Below are positions 1 to 12,929 of a stretch of DNA of 64,000 nucleotides, one piece after another. The stretch's first letter is position 1, and the number at the start of each line of letters is the position of its first letter. The stretch covers positions 8,494,001 through 8,558,000 of the forward strand of contig CP075494.1 in assembly GCA_021613535.1 (NCBI GenBank), given 5' to 3'. The notes beneath the pieces are model-generated. The model did not search any database. It was not told the origin of the DNA and worked only from the letters and a program-made list of their open reading frames with translations. The DNA is from Adineta vaga (lineage: Eukaryota; Animalia; Rotifera). A program made the position numbers and the translations under genes.

Positions 1-261
1 CATACTTTTATATTAAGACCTAAGCAAAGGAAATAATTCATTCTTAAGAGAAGACAAATGAAGCGTAACGATGATCATTCGTTCGAATATTTCTATAATT
101 ATATTTTTGACAACATTCAAAACATACTTCTGTCCACGTGTTCTTTTTCTGGCAATGTATATATGTATATAAGCAATTTTACATGATGCAGATAAGAACA
201 CATTACTTTTTCTACCTATACACTCGCATGGTTTTTTATTCTTATTTTGAAATTCCAACAA

Positions 262-1533
262 ATGAATTTGTCGTCGTCTATTGAAGTACTCCTTTCAAAA
301 ATCAATGAATTCTCACGAATTAGTTCAATAGATTCCAATGAAACGATAAAATATGCTCTTCGACAATTACTTTCTTATTGGTCGGATGTTCTTGCAGTAG
401 CTGATCAAGCATCTGATGATGAATTATTTTTCTTGAATACAAGTCGAGCTGTTCTTTCAGAAGTGTTTATTCTTACTTTAGCGAAAGATTGTTTTGACAG
501 TGATCATTTATTTACTCATGAAATTCTTCGCATTTGTTTTAATCTTCTTATTGATTATATCAATGTTTTTATCGATCAAAATACAACATTTCTCATATCA
601 AATATATGTTTAATTATGTCAATTTCATCAACATTGACTTCATCAATATTATACACTGATATGAATCTATTTAATGAAAATGAAAATCATTTATTTGAAG
701 TAATGCGTCAATATATTGATAAGGATTTTACACATGATAATCTAACTGATGGCATTATTTCTTTCGTTTGGAATTTAAGTGATAATACTCTACTTGTTCC
801 ATTGTTTCTAAAAACAGGTTATGCAAAAAGTCTCATCGACTGGATTCATGTTTGTCAAAAGAAATTTCGAGAAGATAAACAAATCGCTTTATTATCAATT
901 CTTATCAATATGTTACGACATGATGATGGAATTGATCAATTCAAGACTTTTGATACAATCAATGCTATTGAAAATATACCAATGGATTCAACTAAAATAT
1001 TGGAACGTTCAATGATTGAAATACTTCTATCGGATGTTTATCATATGAAATTAGAATCAATGGAAATTGTCGATGAACTTCTTCGGATAATTATTGCTGC
1101 AGCTGAAGATGCTAAAAATTGTTATGAAGGAACGCATATTAGTGAAGCATTAGCAGTTTTAACAAAATTATTTTTTAATGATAAAATATTACTAGATACT
1201 CTTGGTAAAACTGATATTAACCTACCATCAACAACAAAACATGGAATTATTGAATTTTTTGCATCATTATTGATTAAATTTTATCCAAATTTATCTTTTA
1301 CAAATAATCCATCCGATAATTTTACATGTGTTCTATTATTAAATGTTCTGGAGCTTATTTCCTGTCATAAGGAATATAGACAGATAATTTCTACGAATAA
1401 ATTCTTGATGAAGATTATTGGAAGTGCTGCAAATAATGAAAAAAATTTCAATGATTCATTTATGCCACGAACAATGAAACGTATACAAGAAGCTGCTGTA
1501 GAAATTCAAAAAAATTTAACTAAAAAGAACTAA
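262..1533 (+). CDS. Uncharacterised alpha-helical (ARM-repeat-like) protein, intronless, ~423 aa
   Basis: Long uninterrupted ORF; the first ATG is at 262 (the track start at 247 is TTG). Leu/Ile-rich amphipathic helical segments with ARM-like motifs (ISFVWNLSDN, LSILINMLRHDDG, EALAVLTKLFFND). AATAAA near 1633. Confidence 0.7.
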   Translation: MNLSSSIEVLLSKINEFSRISSIDSNETIKYALRQLLSYWSDVLAVADQASDDELFFLNTSRAVLSEVFILTLAKDCFDSDHLFTHEILRICFNLLIDYINVFIDQNTTFLISNICLIMSISSTLTSSILYTDMNLFNENENHLFEVMRQYIDKDFTHDNLTDGIISFVWNLSDNTLLVPLFLKTGYAKSLIDWIHVCQKKFREDKQIALLSILINMLRHDDGIDQFKTFDTINAIENIPMDSTKILERSMIEILLSDVYHMKLESMEIVDELLRIIIAAAEDAKNCYEGTHISEALAVLTKLFFNDKILLDTLGKTDINLPSTTKHGIIEFFASLLIKFYPNLSFTNNPSDNFTCVLLLNVLELISCHKEYRQIISTNKFLMKIIGSAANNEKNFNDSFMPRTMKRIQEAAVEIQKNLTKKN

Positions 1534-1809
1534 TATTTTTCACTTTTCGTTAGTAATCACACTTGCTAGTAAGTCTGTATGAAAAAAAACATGCTTTGAT
1601 TTACTTTCAAATTAAATATGATAATGTCTTCAATAAATCTAATATTATCACAAATGATGATTCATAGTATTTACCATTTATGACTTTATTTCGACTAATA
1701 TGTTGTCAGAACGCGATTTTTTTTTCTTCCTACTGTGTAATAACATGTTGTTTTACATGTCATCATGCATTTGTGTTGAAACAGTGAAGAACGTTAGACG
1801 TCCCAAAAG

Positions 1810-3033
1810 ATGACGTCTGTTGCTTCACTTGAGAAACATTATGCTGAAATAGCTGCAAAAACAGCTGCAGCAATAGCAGCTGAAGGACCACCGCACAATA
1901 TTTTGAGCGAACCAATAATTCAAAATTCGCTTCCTCAACTACCACGCTATATACCACCGCCACCAATCGATCGCTTTGGCATGTTCGCGAACCGAATGGC
2001 AACGATGCACATGTTTTTTCCCACATCAGGTCGTTTAGGTTTCGACACAGTAAAATCATCAACCGAACTTCCACCTATTGAAATACTTCGTGAAATGATT
2101 CTCTATGAAACACGTCTAAGATTATCTGATTCAATTCAAAATCTTATGGATGAATATCATACAAATGAAGCAGATGCCGTGTATGTTTGGTTTTGATTTC
2201 ATATGAACGCTCACTAATTTAATTTGCATAAATTTTTAGTTTGATAGTTAATCTTCTTCAAAAACATGTAGTGGAATATTTTGGCTATACCGATGTTAAT
2301 ATTCTACGTTCAGCTCAATCTCGTTTTCCTGATGATTCTGTTGTTCAAGAAACGTTTTACAGTAAAATTCGTCCGATAGATTTATTATAATATTTCATAA
2401 GATATTTTTATCCTTCTAGTCAAACATAATAAAGTCACTCAAGGTTTAATTAATCAAGGTGAATGTGCTCGTGATGTCAATTTATATACATTGGATGGTC
2501 AACTTACTAATCTTTTCTCGCGAATTAATGCTGATCAACCATTAATAATTGTAGCTGGTTCAATAACATGACCTCCATTTTGTGCGCATGTCGAGCGAAT
2601 GAAGTAAGTCGATTATTTGAAATTGATTGATTAAATCTTGATATTTTCCATAACTAGCGCGCTTGTTCGCTCACATGTACCAAATGGAATTCAATGTTTA
2701 GCAATTTATATTGCAGAAGCACATGCTAGAGATCAATGGCCAGCTGGAAAGATCATTTCATGTGTCAATCAACCAACTACACTGGAACAACGACTTCAAC
2801 ATGCCCGAGAATTTATAAAAAAATACAATTTTCAAGTACCTATGCTTGTTGATACAATGGAAAATACATTTCATCATACTTATGGATCATGGCCATTTCG
2901 TTTCTATATTATTTATCAAGGTAAATTAATATTAAAAGTTGAACCAAATAAAACAACATTTACCTATGATATAAATGAGATTGATCGATGGACAAATGAT
3001 TTCTATCAAACACGTTGTACACAAACAGTTTAA
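1810..3033 (+). CDS. Deiodinase-like selenoprotein (thioredoxin fold), 350 aa, Sec215 encoded by in-frame TGA 2569-2571
   Basis: Exons 1810-2180, 2240-2361, 2420-2603 and 2658-3033, all joined by GT..AG introns, total 1053 nt in frame. The translation contains QPLIIVAGSIT-U-PPFC, IYIAEAHARDQWP, MLVDTMEN and YGSWPFRFYII. These match the deiodinase motifs RPLVxxFGSxTUPPF, IYIxEAHxxDGW, VDxMxN and YxAxPxRLYI. A SECIS lies downstream. Confidence 0.9.
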
Positions 3034-3089
3034 TTGATTTCTATTTTCGATTGATTTTTGTTTTTCGATAGTTCTCAACAAAACAAAAG

Positions 3090-3168
3090 TTTAACATGAA
3101 CCCATGATGAACGTAGATGAAAATCACACAATGTGAATGTCTATGTTCGGATAAATATACATGTTAAA
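3090..3168 (+). promoter_or_regulatory. Eukaryotic SECIS element (type II) in the 3' UTR
   Basis: Helix I TTTAACATG (3090-3098) pairs with CATGTTAAA (3160-3168). Core A-UGAU (3104-3108) lies opposite GGAU (3149-3152). Helix II GAACGTAGAT (3109-3118) pairs fully with GTCTATGTTC (3139-3148), allowing G-U. Unpaired AAAA at 3120-3123, and an apical mini-helix TCACA/TGTGA (3124-3136). AATAAA at 3209-3214. Confidence 0.9.
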
Positions 3169-3322
3169 TAGTTTTTTCTAAGATATACTTTTGCGCGTAA
3201 AGTTATCGAATAAATATCGAGAGAAATAGAAGTACAAATAAATTATATGTACGTTTAATTGTACTACAAAATAAATTCATAATTAAAAAAACAATGAACA
3301 GAAAGGAAAAAGAGTATATTTT

Positions 3323-5151
3323 TTAAAGTCTTGTATCAAAATCGTAGTTATCATTGAGAACTGCATTCGATCCCAATGATTCCAAATAATTTCCTTGAAC
3401 ATGTAGATTTGCCAATGATGCTGAATCAATCCAAATTGTTATCGAACTACTTTCTTCTAATGATCTTAAATGATAATCTATTCTTAATGAAGTATGGAAT
3501 AAATTTCTTTGACGTACGACAGATAAGAGACGTAGTTTATCATGTAATTTGAATGTAATTGAACGAATATGCGGTAGTTGGTTTTGTAAAAGAATCAAAT
3601 CCGGTATTGTTGATGTTCTAATTACTAAACATTCGACATTAGGAACCAACTGAGTGACAAGTGGAATTTGTTCTAATCCGTAACTATGTTCACCGTCAGA
3701 CGTAATATCCAAAGATTTAATAAATTTTATACGATTTAAAAGTTCATGTTGATAATCATATAATTGATAACAACGAATTCGTAATGAATTGATATTTTGA
3801 ACATCTGATAAAAGTAAACTTAATATCTCGCATTTACTTCTTAAAGGTGAAATATCGAGATGTTTTACTCCTACAAGATTTACATGTGTTCGAAGCCAAT
3901 TAAGTACATTTGTATCAAGACGACAAATTGTAAGATTTTGAATATGATTAAACTGATAATAGATCGATATAGAATTGGTTTTATTCGAAATGGCAAAATT
4001 AGTAATATCATTGACAGGAATATCATCATTAAGATTACGAAAAGGCACTATCCACCATCGAATTACTGGATCATCGAATTCATCTTTAGTATCGTTTGAT
4101 AATCTGAATAAGTCATATTCTATATGTTGATGTTCAGTTATAATAAAATAAAAATTTTGCATATTTATCCAGAATGGAGTTTCAAACGATTGTAATAATG
4201 TTTCTAGTTCATCATCAGTAAAACGATATGTTGTTTGTAAACGAAAATGTGTCAATGACAATAGAGCTGTTTGAAATAAAGTTTCCCATGCTATTGCATC
4301 AATAAGTGCTTGATGTGTTTTAATTTCTAGACGATGTAGAGCAGGCATATTTTGCAGATATTCAGATAGCATGTTAAATGTTGTAGAATGATCACGTGGA
4401 AAAGATATAATTAATGTATGAAGAGCCGGCATTGATTGAATATTCCTGTTGGTAGAAACGATCGGATAGGTTGAATCAACATTTGAAGGTGGAGTAAATC
4501 GAATGTTAAGATATTTAAGAAGCGGATAACGATCAAAAATTGTTTGTAAATACGAAAAATCACTACAAATATTCAGATTCGTCAGACAAACCAGATTTGG
4601 TGCGATAGTTTGCTAAATTCCCATCGTGTATGTGGTAAATAACCAATGAAAACGAGCCGTCTCAATGTTGATAATTGAGGTACAATATCAAAGGTACTAT
4701 CAAACAATAATATTCCTTTACTATTTGATACTTTAATGATAAGAGTTTTAATTGGTGTAATAGCAAGTGTAAGTAAAGCTTGTTCAATACGATTCCACTG
4801 AACACTCACAGCATCGACATGAATATAAAGTTTACGAAGTTTTGTGAATCGGTGTAACGATGGGAAAGTCGTTAGAAAAGCTAAAACTTGTCCAAATGTG
4901 TCATAATCTGATATAGCTAATTCTTCGATTCGTTGGACATAGTAGGGCAAAATACGCATACAAAGTTGAAAATGATCGTTTCGACAATTAATAAAATTGA
5001 AATTATGTCGTTGGCATTCATCAAGAATTGAATCAATACGTCCATTTTGTTGAAACGCAAAAGCACGAATAATATCGATACCGTTGATATATTTATCAAA
5101 AAGATCTGCTAAAATTTCATTTGGTAATGATTCTAACGTTGAAATCGACAT
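3323..5151 (-). pseudogene. F-box/LRR protein, intronless, interrupted by an apparent 1-nt frameshift near 4600-4612 (pseudogene or sequence error)
   Basis: N-terminal F-box-like STLESLPNEILADLFDKY followed by LxxLxL repeats. The 5' frame stops at 4582. The 3' frame is open from about 4612 (QTIAPNLVCLTNLNICSDFSYLQTIFDRYPLLKYLNIR...) straight into the 3323-4432 ORF. Confidence 0.7.
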
Positions 5152-5979
5152 TTCTTCTTTTTTTTACTCTGAAGAAAATCAATGTTTGACAAGGAAATAC
5201 TAATATATTTATATCTTGCGCACGTTTCTCTTACTTTCACATTGTTGAGTGAAAAAAACACACATTCTTTTCTTTTTCACACAAATGCTTATTGGGGTTT
5301 TTTCTTTATTTCATTCTTAACAAAACTGAGATTACGCATGTGCGTTGTTTACTTGACTTATTCATTGACTAATGTTTCTCTCGGATATTTGTAACTGAAT
5401 AATAGTTTGATGTATTTTATTTTCCAGTGAATAGAAAACATTGCATCTCAATATAGAAATATAATCACATGAGGGAAAAAAGTATCAGCCTTTGATGTTA
5501 CTCATCAAAATACAAACAAGAATAAGAACAAGGAATCGTGGGAAAAAAAAACCTAACGATATATTGCAACCTGACAAGAATATAGAAAATTATGAAATAG
5601 TACAAACAATAAACTCATACCTACATAGAGAAACCTTAAAAACGCCATTCATATCTGTTTTACTAAAATCGTTAATAACTATATAATCTATAAATAACAA
5701 GAAAAACAGCAGATCATTTAATTTAAACTATCAAATCAAGACTCATGAATAATGAGATGTGTATGAAGTAGTAATTTGAATAAATTGATAATGATTGGTT
5801 TAGATTCTTTTCTTTCTTACTTTATTTTCTTGAAGGTTTTTAATTATCTTACTTATAATAAACTCGTTCATTCAGAAAATATTTAAGTCTGTTTAAGATA
5901 TCTGAATTAGACAAGATCTCAGTCATCATTTGCTTCACTAAAGAATAGTTTGACAATTTATTTATTCAGTTTCTTTAAA

Positions 5980-6939
5980 ATGCAAGAAGTTGTAAGTCTT
6001 ATATTCTTGGTAATTATACAAGTTGTTTCACTTGCTTGTACATTATATATTCTGATTGAATTTGGAAAGAAACGAAGTCAATTACGATCTTTACAAAATC
6101 ATTTAATTATCGGTTTATTATTAGTATCAACATGGTTGATTAGTTTTGATTTAGTTTCAACACAATTTTATTATTGGAGTGGTTATGTTCCAGTTCAAAC
6201 AGCATGGGCATGTCGAGTGTATAATTTTTCATTTTTTTCTATCGCAGGATTAAATCGTATGTTAATGGCATTTCTATCTGTTGAACGACATTTTCTTGTA
6301 TTTCGTGTCCAAGGTTATCGAACAACTCGAACACGTTTATTGTTTCATTATCTTCCATTGCTTATGATTATTCTTTGGGAATTTAGCTATTCAATTGTAA
6401 CAGATTTAATTCTTACTTGTCCACAAATGCATTTTCGTTATTCATATTTTCTATGCAATTATACATGTTCAATTCTTATACCACAATTACTTTTATTTTA
6501 TATTTATGTTCAAGTATTTTGTCCAACTATCATTACAATTATTGCATGTATTCTATTACCCATACGATTTGCAATGCAAAAACGAACTCTTCAACGTTTT
6601 CAATGGTATCAAGCAAGAAAAATGATTATACAAACGATTTTAATTTGTGGTGTATATACAATATGTTGGTTTCCTTATGTGATTCTTCTTCAACTTGTAT
6701 CAAATAATCTTATTTCTTTAAATGATTTAAATGTATCACGATTTTTAATTTTTGCACCATATATAACTTCATTACTAGTTCCATTCATCTGTTTTTATAC
6801 AATATGTACGCCTTTAAAATCATTTATAATCAAACAGATGAATCGTTATTGTTTTCCTCATCGCGAAATATCGTACATCCACGTATCACAAATCAAAATG
6901 AAATTAATCAATGAAATGGTCATTCTATTTCTAAACTAA
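5980..6939 (+). CDS. Rhodopsin-like (class A) orphan GPCR, intronless
   Basis: Seven hydrophobic segments, TM3 Cys (WACRVY), SVERH (DRY-equivalent) and CWFPY in TM6. First ATG at 5980. Confidence 0.85.
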   Translation: MQEVVSLIFLVIIQVVSLACTLYILIEFGKKRSQLRSLQNHLIIGLLLVSTWLISFDLVSTQFYYWSGYVPVQTAWACRVYNFSFFSIAGLNRMLMAFLSVERHFLVFRVQGYRTTRTRLLFHYLPLLMIILWEFSYSIVTDLILTCPQMHFRYSYFLCNYTCSILIPQLLLFYIYVQVFCPTIITIIACILLPIRFAMQKRTLQRFQWYQARKMIIQTILICGVYTICWFPYVILLQLVSNNLISLNDLNVSRFLIFAPYITSLLVPFICFYTICTPLKSFIIKQMNRYCFPHREISYIHVSQIKMKLINEMVILFLN

Positions 6940-7494
6940 CAGATGCTGATAAGATTTCGTTTCTTATCACGATCATTTTATCCATTGAAATCAGACAAAA
7001 AAAGGAATGATTGATAACATCTGATGTTTTTCTACCTGTCAAGACGTTTTTTGTTTTCCCTTATTGTGAAATTTTCGTGTGAAAATCCATTACAAGCAAT
7101 TGTATGTTGTTTTTTCTGCCTAGGGAAGAACAATTAACATTTGCATACATGACTTATTCATATTAGTGTGTAAAGCCTGACATGATTTGCTGTTTCTTCG
7201 ATATCCAACAATTCAAATTGTCTGTCCAACGGTTCGTTTGTTCGTTCGTTCGTTCGTCCGCTGTTATTTCTTTTCATACATATTCAGTCAGTCAGTCATT
7301 GGAAACAAAAGACAAGTATATATATATATTCGGCCGTTTCATCTCTTCTTTTTCCTTCTCTTTCCCTCGTATTCGATCACTGCACAACTTCTTCGATTCG
7401 ATTCATTTCATATCCATAGAAGAGAAAGGAAACTTCGCTTGCTGTTTCATTATTTCGTCGTCATCGAAAGACAACTATTCGCTATTCAAGAAAA

Positions 7495-8030
7495 ATGTCT
7501 ACATTCGTACAAAGTAACTTAGACAATGCAAATACTCGATTAATTAATGTAACCAAGGTTTATGAGCAACCATGTCCAACTTATTTTGCACCTTTTTATT
7601 ATAATTCACCCATGGGATGGAATGCTGTGGTATGTCAAAGTTCATGAATTACAAGGCAAATCATTATCTTTGTCTATCTTATTCTTTCTAGCTTGTTGGA
7701 TTATTATCATCCGTTCTTGCAATAATTTTTCTTTTAACATGTCTTTATTATTTACTTTGTCGTCGTCGATATTATAGTGAAATATCGGAAAGTTCAACAC
7801 CCGTTGCTCTCGTCGATAAAAACGGAGCATTAGGAATTCCGGTAACAAGTTCATCTCAAACAGCTACGACAACTTTTATTAATGAAGCTGGCAAAGAAAC
7901 AAAAATTAGTACATATACAGAGCAAGGTACCGGTTCGACAGGTAACGGACATACAGGAACGAACGGTTTGATGGCAAATGGTAATGCTGATCCAAGTGAA
8001 CTTCGTTTACTTTCACATGAACATCATTAA
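7495..8030 (+). CDS. Small single-pass membrane protein, 157 aa (not in ORF track)
   Basis: Exon 1 7495-7629 (MSTFVQSNLDNANTRLINVTK...GWNAV), intron 7630-7691 (gtatgt..ttctag), exon 2 7692-8030 (LVGLLSSVLAIIFLLTCLYYLLC-RRRYY...ELRLLSHEHH*). One TM helix followed by a basic RRR stop-transfer; AATAAA near 8168. Confidence 0.75.
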
Positions 8031-8646
8031 TAGCAAATCAAATTTCTATCAAAGAGAATTTTTGTTGAAAACAAAATAATACATAACTGATCTTGTCTTA
8101 TTTCTTTCTGTCTACGTGTATCTATAACCAAATGTATGTGCTTATGTATTATTCTTTATTTGTTGCAAATAAATAAAAGTATCATGCTTGAAATATTAAT
8201 TCAATTTCAAAAATTGAATAGATTGTCAGAGAAATGTTGCAATTCATTCTCTACAAAATTCTTACTACACATTCAGTAGTCATTTTATCAACAAGTTTCT
8301 TCCTTCTGAATTACATGGAATTTTTTCTCTTCTTCCTAGTCGGAAGAATAAGTAATTGTATTTCATATTTTTCCAAGTTGAAAAATTTTTTATAAACAAT
8401 TGAGAAAAAAAGCAACAATGCAATCATACTATATTTTGTACCCATTTATATGCGTACGTGTATATCGAAAAAAAACGTATGTTAGTATAATGCAAAATCG
8501 AATCACTTTTTCTCGCTCTTTCTCTCTCCTTCGTGTTCTTTTCTATCTTTGTCTTTCTCTTTCAATTGCGTTTTAACTTGTTGTGATTTTTGTGAAAAGG
8601 TGTAACGATAACCACTAATTTACCTTTGTACATTCATGATCCTACG

Positions 8647-8680
8647 AGAAAGGTCTCGAATATTCTATAAGTCTATTTAA
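8647..8680 (+). promoter_or_regulatory. Heat-shock element plus TATA-like box of hsp70
   Basis: aGAAagGTCtcGAAtaTTCt (8647-8666) is four alternating nGAAn units with one mismatch. TATTTAA follows at 8674-8680, about 70 nt before the ATG. Confidence 0.75.
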
Positions 8681-8746
8681 TCGTCGTTCGTCATACATTT
8701 TCTACCTCAATTAAATACTTCATTACATTTACATTTACTTCAGGTT

Positions 8747-11290
<2,544 letters not shown>

Positions 11291-11730
11291 AAGGTGAATT
11301 TTTATGAAACGGTTACAATGAACAGTTGTAAAATTTTACTAACAACTCTGCATTGTTTTTCTGTATGAGTGTGTGTGACTGGTGAATTTTTTTTTGGTGA
11401 TTAAATAAATTTATTCGTTATTTTTTTTGCTTCTTTTTAATCAATTGAACAGTAAAATCTATATTTAATTAAAGTTAAGTTTCTTGGCATTACAGAATAA
11501 TAACGAACAAAAACATAAAGAAAAATATAAATTAAATCCGATTCGTTCAAATGAAAAGAATGATCTTACTTATCGAGGGTTATGCTGATGACAGTAGCTG
11601 TTTGTTTGTTTGTTTCTTTCTTTCTTCGTTATTCTTTATTCTTCGTATTTATAGTCTGTAACCATTTCATCTGTTTTGTTTAACATCGAATGATATGAGA
11701 TTGATTGCTTTTTGAATTGCAAAAAAAAGA

Positions 11731-12563
11731 ATGTCAAATTCAGGTTCAACTTTATTATCTTCAAGTAACAAATGGCATTCTACAGCCACGCATACATCCT
11801 CATCAATTACAGCTACTCATGGTTATCGTCATCGACCATCTATACCTTTATCGGATATTTCAACAAATATTAATACAGCAGCAGCAACAACAACTTTTTC
11901 AAGAAAATGTATTTATGTGAAAGAAGGTTTGAATAAAATCATCTTATCGATTTAAATAACTTTTTTTTCTTCATTTTTCGTTTAGTTATTAGTGTTAATA
12001 ATAGTGCAGCACATTTACCATTAGCTTCATCAGATGCTGGTAGTGCTAGTGAATGTGAAAGTGGAGATATAAGTTCAGATGAATATCCATCACAAATCAA
12101 ACCTAAACCTTTATCCATGGATCATGGTCAAGAAAATCATCTTGATTCAACACATGAAATGGGAACCCTAGCACAATTACTTAATCATTCAGTTCCTAAT
12201 CATTTTGATTCATCAATATCATTACAAAAGTTCGTTGAACGATTTTTTAAAAGTTCATTCTAATGAATCGTTTTTAGACATGAATCTGATATTCGTCGTC
12301 ATGAAGTACCTGATCATCGTATTCGTTCATCATCAATATCATCTACACCACGAATTGAAGGTCCATTAAAAACACGTCGTCTATCAGAACATTTATCAAC
12401 GACTATTCAACGACAAAAAACACGTAATGAGCAACGACATCATGCTTATGCACAATTAAAACATTTAGCACAACGACGTTTGAATGTTGTTGCAGAATTA
12501 GTTACATTAGATGAAGAATACGAAGCAACACTTGCCAAATTATTACTTCCAGGCCATAATTAA
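11731..12563 (+). CDS. Uncharacterised Ser/His-rich protein with C-terminal helical/coiled-coil segment, 235 aa
   Basis: Exons 11731-11908, 11986-12229 and 12278-12563 join in frame (708 nt) through GT..AG introns. Ends ...HAYAQLKHLAQRRLNVVAELVTLDEEYEATLAKLLLPGHN*. Confidence 0.65.
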
Positions 12564-12929
12564 GCATGCCCTTTTCTTTTAGCATTGTGTTGGATTATTA
12601 CTCATACAATTGTACATAAATAAATTATTGTTAAGTGAATTTATCTGATGGAAATAAAGATACTCTAATTTGTTAGAAGACTATTTTGTTTGTGAACGAA
12701 AGGAAAAGAGATTGATATAGATTCTTGTCATATTTAATCAATATAATAGATGATAGAATATAAACAAGAATTCAGAATTAAAGTCATTAAAATAAAAAGA
12801 AATCAAATATTTAAATTCACAGAAAATTGTTAATAATACTTAGGTATACCGATGATGAAAATAGGACTGTCAGAATAATACATACAGTTACTATTGAAAG
12901 AAGAATTATTTAAAAATCGGCGTTAATTG

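Noticed and set aside
7630-7660. Apparent in-frame TGA (VVCQSS*) suggesting a second selenoprotein
   Set aside because: The TGA lies inside the intron 7630-7691 (gtatgt...ag). The spliced frame is open, and I see no SECIS downstream.
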